Assembly: GCF_032062105.1 (NCBI RefSeq)
Contig: NW_026918279.1
Span: forward strand, 62,001 to 126,000
Direction of reading: 5' to 3'
From: Saccostrea cucullata
Lineage: Eukaryota
DNA: 64,000 bases
The notes below the pieces were generated by a model. It made no database searches, was not told where the DNA came from, and worked only from the letters and a program-made list of their open reading frames with translations. The position numbers and the translations under genes were made by a program. Below are positions 51,807-63,965 of this stretch, piece by piece. The stretch's first letter is position 1; every line of letters starts with the position of its first letter.

Positions 51807-53503
51807 TATCCCTTATACGCATAGTTTAATTTATACATACTAATATTGTAGAAGGTGTATGCAATTATTCAAACAAACTTAATATCTGAGTATATTAATC
51901 TACAGTTTTAATTTTTATTTATTCACGAGATGGGGGGGGGGGGGGGGGGGGCTACCTGGTGAGGAGTCTAAGCCTCCCTGTTGTGTATTGTACATGTGTA
52001 TTTTAACAAATATGTTGTGTATAAGTACAGTTAATCTTATCTAATCCAGACATTACTGGTTCTATAGAAATTATCAACATTTTATACAATGAAATATAAT
52101 AATTAATAATCTAAAAATTTTCGTGGTACAGCTAAGATTTCAGAATATCAATATCCAGTTTATACAAGTTTCACTGTATTTCATAAGAAATGTCTACCTC
52201 ACATTTTAATCAGATCAGTAATTTCTATAAGTTTTATTTCCCAGCAATGATGAGCTGACATTGGCTCTGAGACAGACACCCCCACAAATCAATATCATTC
52301 TGAATTCTATGGAACGGACAGTGATTATATCGAAGGACTCAAGTTCTTTATTTCCTGTGCACTCATACATTGTTTATTGAAATCCTGCATAATTTTCTAG
52401 TGATAACATCTCCATACCTGGGTTTGTTAATGATTTTTTTTTCTGATCGAATCAAACCAATTGCAACAATTTCACTGCGCTGGTCTGCACCACAAAAATA
52501 TTCACCAATACAGGGATGAGATCAATATTTCATTATAATTTTGATTAATATAATAATAAGGCATAACACCTTATGGCCATTAGTGATAATTACAAGAGAG
52601 GAATATTGTACAATCAGGGGAATACTAACCAATTATTTCTTGTGGACAAAAAAGGGAAATTGAAAGTAACATTTAATTGGCTCAATAAATCTTTACACTG
52701 AAAAAAAGTTCCTCAAGGTGAACTCATATTAAAAGCGACCAAAGCATAATGAATCAATTTATGTCTGGAAGTGATGATTATATTGATCTTAAACATTTTT
52801 ACAAGAATAGATAAAGATGTACCATTCATGATTTAATTTCATGAAAAATCTTTCTTTTATTTCATTTCATTTCATTTATTTCATTTCATTTGAACATCAA
52901 AAGAAAATGAAACGAAAATTCCCTTCCTATGAGAAATCATTGGAAAAAAAATTATTAATTATTCAACAATTTCAATTAAGAACTTGTACAGCAAACATAA
53001 TTAAAAAAAAAAAGGGTCCTTATTGATAAACTCAGGTTATCATACCCCCCCCCTCCCCAGAAAAAAATTCAACAATATCTTACATGAAAATCATGTTTTA
53101 AATATATTTTTTTTTAAAAGAGTGGATGGGACTCTAAACTTATCTATCCATATATGTATTATCAGGTTTTCAAAATTAACAAAGTACACCTGTATCAGGA
53201 ATAACAGTATCAGGTACCTATAACCATGCAGACAATTGGTTCCCTAAAACTGTTTTCTCAAGTCATCATTTAATGAAACAAGTTATTTTTTGCAAAATTA
53301 GAGATCCATCTATTTATTAAAATCAAACATCTCCTCCTTAATGCTCAGTCAAAGTGCCTCTTGTATTTTAAATGTCACAATGTTAATGAATTTTAAAATC
53401 TGATTATAAAATAGTATATCTAATTAAAATGTACCTGACTCCTTGCCAGTATGAAGGAGTTTTCTCCCTTCTGATCTTTAGCTGGAGTTCTGTCCCCTTC
53501 CAT
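37489..53503 (-). CDS. SLC38A11: Putative sodium-coupled neutral amino acid transporter 11 (13 coding exons, 486 aa)
   Basis: GT-AG exons with consistent phases: 53503-53435, 49695-49548, 46822-46748, 46300-46242, 46019-45944, 45596-45528, 45032-44923, 42477-42398, 39484-39414, 39304-39143, 38421-38309, 38162-38025, 37779-37489 (1461 nt). Motifs FNFINSIIGSGIIGIPY, AMISYNVIIGDT, TLPLSLYRNIA, FAYMCHHN, GDLLENYC..DDL, LTYPIECFVTRE, CSHGKEMPYC are characteristic of SLC38A11. Confidence 0.92.
38983..39158 (-). repeat. ~27-30-bp minisatellite spanning the exon 10 donor
   Basis: About six copies of CAGGTCACACACAAG|GTAAAAAT variants. Confidence 0.85.
39512..42012. mobile_element. Helentron/HINE in SLC38A11 intron 8
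   Basis: AAGAGGCCCATGGGCC..AGGTCACCTGAG at one end, AGGTCACCCGAG-TTTA-CTCAGGTGACCTAAAA at the other; degenerate ~160-170-bp repeats 40690-41900. Confidence 0.82.
39579..40678. mobile_element. CCC...GGG TIR element with 2-bp TSD and 30-bp tandem arrays (CMC/EnSpm-like), nested in the Helentron
   Basis: TG|CCCTAACAAAAAAATACTATAG ... CTATAGTATTTTTTTGTTAGGG|TG; arrays of TTTACTATGGTGAAAACTTTGGAACTTTGA at 39660-39885 and 40165-40630. Confidence 0.8.
42669..43040 (-). pseudogene. Decayed duplicate of SLC38A11 exon 7 and adjacent intron 6
   Basis: GATAAGGGCAG.TGACCATCAATGTTGCTAGGAAT matches 44954-44988; colinear blocks match 45040-45280. Confidence 0.7.
43284..44950 (-). repeat. 35-bp minisatellite made of the exon 7 3' end plus 5' splice site
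   Basis: Unit GTACAGGAATATAGCCCAGCTCAGTAAG|GTAGGAT on the gene strand, roughly 48 copies with 26-bp deletion variants; the terminal unit is the real exon end (44923-44950). Confidence 0.95.
45365..45468. repeat. Short hairpin MITE
   Basis: CACAGGCACCTGACGTTACTTATTTTT ... AAAAATAAGTAACGTCAGGTGCCTGTG. Confidence 0.8.
46553..46690. mobile_element. Small MITE
   Basis: TACTGTATACAGG ... CCTGTACACAGTA termini. Confidence 0.6.
47297..47438. mobile_element. Internally deleted Helentron remnant
   Basis: AAACAAGAGATG..TATGCCCCC and TATGCCCTCCC..GGGGGGCATAAAA ends; GACA microsatellite. Confidence 0.6.
47597..47799. mobile_element. Pogo/Tigger-type MITE
   Basis: TA-CAGTAAAACTCGTTTAATACGAA ... TTCGTTATAACCGAGTTTTGCTG-TA. 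Confidence 0.75.
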
Positions 53504-55411
53504 TTCTTTTCTCTGTTTTATCTCTGTTTCTTTAAATTCACTTATTTGTCATATTCACATTTTCTAAAAATACTCACACTGTAAAAAAAATGATACACTA
53601 TAAATATACTTTCATATTATAAAATATGGAAAAAATCAATAAATATACATACTTGACAGTTATTTAACACTATACACTTCCTTCCTGTATTATAAAACTG
53701 TGTGGATCAAAATTATACTGAAATATGATCTTTGCTCCTCAGATTAATTTGTTTAGGGTAAGATGCTAAACAATTTATAGCTTAATTAATGCACTCAAGC
53801 ATCAAATAACTTTGCCAATATTTAGAATACTGGTACAGAAAGCACTGCTACAGTACTAGTATTGCATAGTAATTTTACACGTTTTAAATGTGCCACCTCA
53901 ATAATTAACTCCACCCCATTCCTATACGGCCATGTTATATGAACAGCATACATGTACAAGTAATTTTATATAATATTTATATGAACAGAGCTCAGCTGTT
54001 CATTTCTAAAATAAGTTTCAAGATCAATGTTTACATTACAGTGACACATATTGATCAGCAATATGAACATGCATCCGAATTAGCACACAGATAAATACAA
54101 GAAAACTTATAATTTGTGCAAAATGTTGTTTATACTAAATAATGTTTAAAAACATCAAATAAATTTTGTCAATTACCTGCATTTGTTAACTCTGAAATAC
54201 CAGTATAAATCTGTATAGATTCTACCAGAAGCCACAATGTATTATACCAGCCACACATTAACAATGTTGCGTGAGACCGTCTGTCCTATAATTGTATAGC
54301 TACTGTGTTACAGTACGGGCTGCAAGCTGCTAGGCGGTTGAGAAAGACTCTGACGACAGTTTTTTCTATATTCGGGCTCTCTCAGATATTGATTTTAAGT
54401 GTATCAGTGAACGCAATGAAATCTACAGGGACACTAAAATCCTTGCGTGCCGAATGTATAGTCAGCTAGGAGCAATTTGTACATCTTATTCAATGGCTTG
54501 TCTGGGAGACTGTGTTCACTGAAAGAAAAACAAGGGATTAGCTCGGTCTGTTTCAGGTGATCTAGTGATCTGAGTAACAGTCTTACGGAGATTTTATCAA
54601 TCTGATTAGTCTGTGAGTGTTAAGAATAAAAATAGAGACATTATTAATTAAAAAGTCACTGTGTTACTGTTCCTATAACCTGTTTAATGTACACAGTAAA
54701 TGTACATTCAAGAATAAAATTATGAGAAAATTTTAGATGAAAAAAAAAATGAAATATTTTCTTTAGAAAAAGGTCAATTTTCTATGTGGATGAATGCAGA
54801 TAATTATATTTAACATGGTCTTCCCTGATGTAAAATGATACGTCTTAGGGTTTCCACAAAAAAGCTATAGGATATATTATTATTGAAAAGTAAGAAAGTA
54901 GATATGCTGCAGAGAGAGAGAGAGAGAGAGATTTAAATATCAGCATCTAAAAGAATTTGTAGGAAAAGAATTACAAAAAATAGATATACTGGGGAGAGAG
55001 ATTTTTTAATATTAATCAGGTCCTGTTAATATCATCAAAAGAAAGCCTTATATCAAAAGCCAAGATAAATGTGTTATGGATTACAAGTACATTGTACATG
55101 TGTCTTGATCTGTACATACAGTAATAAGTATATAGAATTATTTTTTTAAGGTAATACCGTTGCACAATAGACAGATAGAGAGTGAGACAGCAATTTAAAG
55201 AAAAATGGTCCAGATGCAAAGTGCTATCATGACAGATGGTATAATTTGGGATTCCCTGAGGATCTGGCAGTAAAATGTTTAATGGGAAATGTATCACAAA
55301 ATTCTAGACAGGATTTTATATAACAAGAAAAATACTGATTTATACCAAGTCCCCTCGAAGAATTTTTTATCATATGGGTAAAAAATTTCGTTCACTTAAA
55401 AATTAAATTAC

Positions 55412-55628
55412 TCACTTGCCGATGGAGAGCTGCAAACACCTATACCAGGCACTTGTGCCATTGAAAAAATGTACACAAAGTCGACAAGGACCTCGGTTTA
55501 TACGCTCTCATCCGAAGGACCGGTCTCTTCGTACCACATTGGGATTCGAACCCGTGACGTAAGGATTAAATTGACTCCTTATTCCGCGACTAAAGAGCAG
55601 ACGGTCTCACCACTACGCCACGCGGGCG
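55412..55628 (-). mobile_element. tRNA-derived SINE
   Basis: Minus strand GCCCGCGTGGCGTAGTGG (A box) ... GGGTTCGAATCCC (B box) followed by CCTTCGGATGAGA..TAAACCGAGGTCC; a related copy at ~63655-63965. Confidence 0.7.
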
Positions 55629-56674
55629 AGTATAGTCTATAGAAAGAAATGCGCTTATCACCTGCAGTTCAATATATCTACTGAACCACAGTTTGAATTT
55701 AAATAACTCCGATTCGAAATATAAACTACATACATGTAGATTAAGTCTTTTCCAACAAGTGAAGAAAAAAAAAACTTTTTGATTAATATCAAGTCCAAAG
55801 GCTCCTGAAGAATTCACTCACAAAACTACGTTCACTTAAAAATTAAATTACTCACCGAACAAAAATGAAAAACACCTACCCGTAGTCTACGTATGTTAAC
55901 CATGAATTAAATGTACACAAAGCCACAAGATAATTCCAACACACAAAAAAAAGTTATCTGTAAACAGAACTCGAAGTCTTTACTCAGGTAAGACGCAAAC
56001 AATAGAATTGTCAAAGCAGATGATCCTCAACTAATTTGTATAAATCATTCACCTGGCCATTTTTCGTTCTGGACCATTGAATCTTACCTTGGCAAGCAAA
56101 ACAATACAGGTATTACTCCGGCTGAAACAGGTGGAAAGTGAACTTCAGTAGATTTCAGTGCATTTTGGTGATGGTCATGTGATGTCGTCGACCTTGAATG
56201 GTGAATACTTGATTTCCTATGAGTTAAAAATGTAAGACTTGACATGTTCTACGAATGCTTTATGTGATTGCATTATTGGAGTACAAAAACTAAATTGATA
56301 TAATATATAAACCCTTAAAATTAATGTTTTTCTCGTAAATATCATGATATTAAGGGGGTATTTTAATTTAGTTCCACGTGTTTATTACTGGCTATAAATT
56401 TGCTCTTGAGTACATCTTGACCTATGATTTTCACAAGAGGAATATTTAATAAATTATTGAAAAAATTAAAATAAAAATGTTTTATTTTGAAAAGTATATT
56501 GCTAATATATAGAAAAGATAATATGAGCAGATTTTTTCATCAACTTACTTTTTTTCTTGAAATGAAGGACAGCGTGTTTTGTGCTGATTTTATGTGTTTG
56601 AATAATTAATATGTTCATTCAAATAAAAATGTCGTTTATCTAAAGAAAATTTACTTAAAATGTAGAAAAGTAGA

Positions 56675-58010
56675 GGCGGGGGTATCGTTCATAGCTAGCT
56701 TTGTCACGGTGCTCACAGTACCTCTTGTTTTTTTATGCCCCCAAAATCGAAGATTCAGGGGTATATATCTTTTGCTTTGTCCGTCTGTCTAGATAGTTAT
56801 CTGTATGTCTGTTTGTTTGCAGAGTCTTTCAAATTGTCCATTGCTATTGATTGGTTAGAGCCATCGGGGCTCTCATATTTTACACGCCTATTCCTTGTAC
56901 CAAAAAATAAGGCCCTTCTTTGGGTACCAAAATATTTGACCCCCTGACCTTTGAGTTTGACCCAATTTTGCAACAATTCACTAAACTTTAATCTTGACGA
57001 TAACTTAAAAACAGTTGCTGCCATGGTTTTCATACTTCGGATATTTATTCAAAGTGTTAATCTTGAACTTTCCATGGATATTTGACCTTGACCTTAAAGT
57101 TTTATTAACTTAGAAATACTTTAACCTTGTACATGACCTTTGAACAGTTATTGTAAGACAGTTATTCTTCTAACATAATATATTATGTTTGTACCCCCCC
57201 CCCCCCACCACACACCTTCCCTTACACACCATAAGAGAGCCTATGGCGAAAATTTCTCAAATGCACATCAGAAATGTTGATACTCAAATTAATGCCTTCT
57301 CACAAGAAATACAAATGTGTAATATATAACCCTAACATTCCCTGTTTAAAAATTAATGCCAAGGTTAACGTTTTTAAAGGCAGTTCACACTCCGGGGTCA
57401 AGCTAAAATGATTCAAAAATAAGGCCTTGTCACAAAGATTACATATGGGTAGTATGAAAGCCCTAGCCCTAACTGTTCAAAAGTTATGATTAAGGTTAAT
57501 TTTTTTAAAAAGGGTCAAAGTCCTCGGTGTCCAACGAAAGGTGTTGTCAAATGGATTAAATATGTGAAGTATGAAAGCCCTAGCCCTAACCCTTAAAGTT
57601 ATCGTAAAAGTCTGTTTTGAGAAAGTAGGTCAAACTCCAATGGCAAAGGGTCAAAGTTCTTGGTATCACATGAAAGGTCATTTCTCAAGGATTATATCTG
57701 TGAAGTATGAAAGCCCTAGCCCTTACCGTTCAAAAGTTATGACCAAGGTTAAAGTTTTTTTAAGGTACGTAAATCGTCAAGGTCAAAACGTCAATTAATA
57801 GTTGTTGTTATCCAATGGAAGGTCCTGTCACAAAGAATACATATGTGAAGTATCTACCGTTCAAGAGATAGAGCCAAAGTAAAAGTTTAGAATTTTTTCG
57901 TAACAGTGTGTCAAACTCCAAGGTCAAGGTAAAAGGGTCAAATTTGGTGGTACTTTAAGAAAGGTCTTGTCACAAGGAATACACATGTGAAATATGAAAG
58001 TCATAGCTTA
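56675..58010. repeat. Helentron remnants and degenerate satellite-like units
   Basis: CCTCTTGTTTT / TATGCCCC ends; recurrent AAGGTCTTGTCACAAGGAATACACATGTGAAATATGAAAG units 57380-58010. Confidence 0.6.
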
Positions 58011-58227
58011 ACTTATACTAAGTAATCTCGAACTGGAATATATAACTACGCACAATTTTACAACTTGGCATATACAAGCGCATAGCATATAAGACCATGG
58101 TCTTCATAGATGTGTAAATTTGTAATTTAACCCCCCCCCCCCCCCCCAAAAAAAAAGTATGTCTATTGAATGAATTTTAAGGTTTTACGCTCCACAGCCA
58201 GGAAGGATAACCCATTACATTAATTTT

Positions 58228-58782
58228 TAAGTGATGACTTAACTTTTCTATCGTCAACTTCCCTTACCTATGCCGCAATATACCTTCATCACCTGCATAC
58301 AGAGTTTACATATCTCAGATGATTCGATGCGCTGGAGCATGCTCTACGTATGAACAATTTCTAAAACGAATTAAATTATTGACAAACAAGTTGATGAAAC
58401 AAGACTATCAGCAGTCTCGTATAAAGTCATCATTTCGTAAGTTCTATGGTCGATACCATGACCTTGTCAGCAAATACAATTTATTATTAAGTCAAATGCT
58501 GGCTGACGTTTTTCACATTAATTGTTAGTCCATTATTTATAAACTGAATTGAGGAATATTTTCCGTTATTTCCCGATTATGATAAGGAGCACACGGCGAG
58601 TGTGTAAATTTTTAACTAAACATAAAAAAAATATGTATTGAAGGGGATTTTGTTTACTCCTCCATGGCACCTTATATATAAATCTCTGATGTTTTTGAGG
58701 CCAGTGTTTGCTCTGCTCCTATTTTGTATTGTTTTATGAACTTCGATATTGAATACTGTTGGTTATCTCCATTTCCTTCATT
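58228..58782 (+). mobile_element. 3' fragment of a Naiad-like Penelope element
   Basis: FSIVNFPYLC..IP..PAY..YISQ.IR.A.ACS..F C-terminus plus 3' UTR, homologous to 61815-62325 (-). Confidence 0.75.
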
Positions 58783-58934
58783 AATATATAAATGTCTCAA
58801 AAAATTAAACTTAAAATTGAAATTTTTGTGCAGCAATAACTGTTTTCATTTAAGCTCATCTCTACGAAGTCAATGAGCTTATGCTAAACTCCTGGTGTCG
58901 GCGTCAGAGTGAGTTCCATTTTTATGGAGAGAAA

Positions 58935-59880
58935 GCAGCTGTCAATGATATCAAAAAGCCTGTACTTCATAATTAATTTATCGTGGGGAGTGGTTGTGTA
59001 TGAAGGTGAAAAAAGTAAGTTTTTTTAACATTTAATGGAACTCGCTATGTGCTAGTATCTTTGTAAGGTTTTCTTATGAAGTTTCGGAATCCAATATAGA
59101 TATGGTAGCTCAAATTCATTTTGTTCTTTGGAATATCAAAATATTCAAAACTGGCATATGATTTTGAAGAATTTCTTCCTTAGAAAGGGAACTATCAGTA
59201 TAGGTTTAAGGTTACCACCTGTAGAATTAAATCCAAGTTCTTTAAAAGTACAATTCATGTAATGAGCCTTACAAACGAAGACAATGTTTACTTAGTTGTT
59301 ACCAGCTTTGTCAGCAGGGACCAGTACGTACTGGTCTTGTAATCTATCTAGTTCTTTTTTCACTTCTCGATTATTGAATACAGAAGGATAGATGGTTTCA
59401 TTTTGCCCCTCCATCTAGATCTTTTAATACGAAATTTTATCATGGATCTGATACATTTAATCCATTTTGACAAAGTGTCAACGTTTTCTTTTTCATACCT
59501 GGCCCATCGCCTGGCGTAATCTTCAACAGAATCCATAATATTTATGAAATTCTGACGCCAGTTGAATGATCGGGGTTCCCTATATTTAGATCGAACCTTT
59601 GAAAATAAGTGATCTAAGTTGCTCATTATTAACCGTATTTACGTCACCTGTAATAACATGTCCAGTAGTACTATAGTTTTAGGGTGAAGAAGAATATGAA
59701 CACGATGGAGGATTTATGTTTCAGATACTCGATATCCAGGCCATGTAAAGTTTTTGTAATTAAAAAGTTTGGAAGCAATAGTCGACGTATATTTGTAGGA
59801 AATACAAGGTTTAGTCTTTAACTTGAAATATGGTGGAATACAAGACTAGACCCTTTTGTGATAAAGAATATTACTTATTT
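58935..59880 (-). mobile_element. Internal fragment of the same Penelope-like family
   Basis: KYREPRSFNW, YVLVPADKA; colinear with 63090-63480 with deletions. Confidence 0.7.
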
Positions 59881-60084
59881 TAACCGCGTTAATTCCTTTA
59901 TCGGCATATTGAAGTTTAAGGAAAAGACGGGTTGTTTTAGCTGCATTTTCTTCAGTAAAACGTGGGGGTTAAAAAGCCTGTGATTTGCAATATCCATAAT
60001 TATGCACAGATCCGAACCTATTTTCTGGTGTTGAGAGAACAAAAAATGGACTTTCCTTGACCTTTTCAACAGAGAAAAAAAAAG

Positions 60085-60553
60085 CTGTGATTGGTCATAT
60101 CTTAATGGAAGCATCCTGAGATAGAGCTGATGCAAGTCTGTTCAAGTCATGACCCCAGGGTGTAGGATGGACCACCGTGGGGGATCAAAGTTTTACATAG
60201 GAACATATAGTAGGGAAATTTTTTTTTCTCAAGAACAGAGAAACCATGATTAGTCATATTGATATGGATGCATCCTTATGTAGTGTGGAATCAGAGTGGT
60301 TCAAATGAGTGCCCCCAGGGGTAGGTAGGGCTGGCCCACAATGGGTGTCAAATGTTTGCAAATGAATAAGTAGAGAAAAATTTCCCTAAGAACAGCAAAG
60401 CTATGCATTTGCTTGATTGATTTGGAAGCAGATACAGTTTAAAATTCAAGTCCAAGAAAAATTAATTTTTTCAATGCTGAACTGATTTGCTTTTTCCCCT
60501 AACCAGTGTGCTCAGGTGAGCGATCGCGATGTGGTCCATGAACCTCTTGTTTT
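60085..60553. mobile_element. Helentron/HINE terminal fragment
   Basis: Satellite-like units then CTCAGGTGAGCGAT..GTGGTCCATGAACCTCTTGTTTT; reverse of the 8412 end. Confidence 0.7.
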
Positions 60554-60959
60554 ATATATATCTTAAAACAAAACTTGGTAATGAACTGTAATTAAACGTT
60601 AAACCGACATCGACACTGGTTCCAACGCCGAGGGTATAGCATAAGCTCAATGACTTCGTCGAGGTGAGCTGAAAAACGAAAACTGTTGCAAAAAAAATCA
60701 ATTTTAAGCCTAATTTTCAGACATTAAATAATATATTAATATAATGGGTTATCCTTCCTGGCTGTGGAGCGCATAGCCTTAAAATTCATTTAATACATAC
60801 TTTTTTATATTTAATTAAAAATATACACATCCATGAAGACAATATTCATATGTGCTTGTGCAAAAATTGTCAAATTTTATGTATAATTATAATCTAGTAA
60901 CGATCTCTTATCACTGGCACTCCAAAGATATAGCGACAGAAGTCATTACGTGCTTAACC

Positions 60960-61245
60960 ATGACCCGTACTAGAAGACATACACTGAGCTGCGTTCTTGT
61001 GTTATTTGGGGCTATAACAGTAAGCTATGCATCAAGTGGTATTGAAAAAGAAATTTTGGACATCCGTGCAATTCTAAAAGAGCAAGAAATGGAAATTAAA
61101 GAACTCAGAAGAGAAAATGGTAAACTTCGCGCTGATGTTAACAAACTTACCGAGGAGGTAGACAAGCTAAAAAATTTGGATGACGTCATTAGAGATGATT
61201 TGATCAAGGACAAAAACATCAGTAAAGACATCGAGACGCACACTA
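60960..61245 (+). CDS. First coding exon of a secreted coiled-coil protein (possibly C1q-domain or lectin family)
   Basis: ACC-ATG; signal-like LSCVLVLFGAITVSYA; heptad coiled coil ILDIRAILKEQEMEIKELRRENGKLRADVNKLTEEVDKLK; A|GTGAGT donor. The C-terminal domain is not visible. Confidence 0.65.
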
Positions 61246-61814
61246 GTGAGTTCTTTTATTCTTAATTCTTTTTTATCGAGTTTTTCCCCATAAGTTATAA
61301 TTACAAATTTTACTTCTGCCATAAAGGTGGAGAGGACGAAGCAAAATAGCACATCCCTTCACCAGATCCTATAGAAGTGTAAGCAAATTTTAAGGTCCTG
61401 ACCTTTTTGCTTCTTCACTAACATCACTAACTTTGATCTGTCGCAAAATATAGAATATCTTTTGTTTTCGAAAGTTATATACGGGAATATTTGACAAAGG
61501 TAATGTTTTTTCCAGGTTCTTTGTTTAATTCGTTTAAAGCGCAGCAGGATTCGTAAAACGAATCTTCGATCGGACTCTCGCTATTGCTAAGGACCCCTGT
61601 ATAAAGGGCCTGACTTAGTCACTGTTCAGTGAAATCAGTCAACACTAGTGTAGACGGACGTAGGCTATATGCAGCACTCGGTAGTGACAAAAATAACTGT
61701 AATACTTCTTCAAATGCAGCAAAGTAAGATACCAAAATGACTTACAACAGTTGCACTGGTCAGTGCAGTATACAAACAAACACAGGTACACATAACTGCA
61801 ATTAAATGTAAGAA

Positions 61815-63485
61815 GGATATGGGGATAACGAACAGTATTCAACCTCAAAGTCCATAAAACAATACAAAATAAGAGCAGAGCAAACACAGACCCTCGAAAC
61901 ATCAGAGGTGGGATCAGGTGCCATGGAGGAATGAGCATCCCCTCCGACCGGTCACACCCGCCGTGTGCTCCTTGTCATGATCAGGAAATAGCGGAAAAAA
62001 TCCGACGTCAATTCAGTGTATAAATAATGGACTAACAATTGGTATGAAAAACGTCAGTCAGCATTTGACTCAATGATAAATTGTATTTGCTGACAAGGTC
62101 ATTGTATCGACCATAGAACTTACGAAATGATGACTTTAAACGAGACTGCTGATAGTCATCAACTTGCTTGTCAATAATTTACCGCGTTTCAGAAATTGTT
62201 CATACGTAGAGCATGCTCTTGCGTATCGAATCAACTGAGATATATTTACTCCGTATGCAGGTGATGAAGGTATATTGCTGCATAAGTAAGGGAAGTTGAC
62301 GATAGAAAAGTTAAAGTCATCATGTAATCATATAGTTTGGTTGTTAGATTACCATTAGCGTCTTTTTCAAATAAAATATCCAAGTATGATACAGAAGTGT
62401 CAGACTCTGTGGTATCTTTTATCTCAAGCTCACCAGGATATATCGTATCGACGTAGGAATGGAAATTACTCGAGTACCATTGTTAATTGACAATACGTCG
62501 TCGATATATCTAAATGTCGAGTTGAAGGCCACAGAAAGTGTTTTCTTCTTTTCACGCATAAGATTTTGCATAAATTGTGTTTCATATGAATATAAAAATA
62601 AGTCTGCTAATAACGGAGCGCAATTTGTACCCATGGGAATTCCTATAGATTGTTGGAATACCTGGTCTCCAAAAACCACATAGATATTGTCAATCAGAAA
62701 CTCAAGCATCTTCTTGATGTCAACTTCAGAGTACTTATGTGTGCAATCAGAATCTGTTTTAACAAAATAATTTTGCAAATGACCAATGATGAGGTAAGTA
62801 AATTTACGGGTTCCAATTTTATTGAAGAAGCAGCTGTCAATGATATCAAAAAGCCTGGATTTTAATTTGTCATGGGGAATTGTTGTGAATAAGGTTGAAA
62901 AGTCGTAAGTTTTTAAGCTGGTGATTTTTGTAAAGTCTTGTGATTTCAAATTGTCCAAGAGTTCTTAAGAATTTCTTAGTATCCACATCTGATTCACACC
63001 ACTTCTTGAATATATAGTTGCACAGTACTCTTGAAGTTTTTCCTTCACTACTGTCAATATCTTAGTGAGGAGTAACGAAAGAGGCTTGGTTGAACATTTA
63101 CTGGAACCTGCAATGTATCTTTGTTTGTAAGGATTCTTATGAAGTTTCGGAATCCAATAATATAAGGTAGTTCAAATTCATTTTGGCTCTGTGGAATATT
63201 AAAAGTATTCAAAACTGACACGTGATTTTGAAGAATTTCTTCCTTAGAAAGGGAAGTATGAGTATAAGTAGAATTACCCTTTGTAGAATTAAATCCAAGT
63301 TCTTCTAGAATGCAATTTATATAATGAACCTTACAAACGAAGACAATGTTGTTACCTGCTTTGTCGGCAGGAACCAGTACGTACTGATCATGTAATCTAT
63401 CCAATTCTTTTTTCACTTCTGATTTATTGAACACAGAAGGATAGATGGTTTTCATTTTGCCCCTCAATCCCCTAATACGCGACTT
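61815..63485 (-). mobile_element. 5'-truncated Penelope-like retroelement RT (Naiad-like), disrupted
   Basis: PADKAGNN, YDFSTLFT, GIPMGTNCAPLLADLFL, FRYIDD motifs; the ORF ends without a C-terminal GIY-YIG; frameshifts. Confidence 0.85.
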
Positions 63486-63654
63486 CAATATAGAACAAAG
63501 GTAATGCAAGATAACCAGCACGAACACGTGTCGCCATTCCATGTTGAGACCCGTGACAAAAAAGTAGTCAGGTGTAACGGATGTGAAGAGTATATCCTGG
63601 TATTGATATCGTAGATTATAATATCGAAAACTGCGTACGCCTATTCATATGTTC

Positions 63655-63965
63655 AGTTTTAACGCCCTTTCAAGAATTTTTCACTCATATTGAGATGCCA
63701 ACAATTGTCAATGAAAAGCTGCAAATGAAGACCTGTAATCAGGGCCTTGAGCAGTGGAGGATCTTTTTCGTGCCAACAACTACCTTTAGGAAGTTTGTTG
63801 CTGCCCTACACACCACAGGGTGTAAGGGACCATGATAATGATGATGACCTACCGGAACTCGGGACTTCGGTTTATATGGACCGGTTTCACGTTCAAACGA
63901 ATGTTTCGAACCCGCGTCGTTAGGATCGGCTTCAGAGCAAATGCAATAACTACTGCTCTACGCGA
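63655..63965 (-). mobile_element. Degenerate tRNA-derived SINE
   Basis: TTCGAACCCG B box on -, body similar to 55412-55628. Confidence 0.6.
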
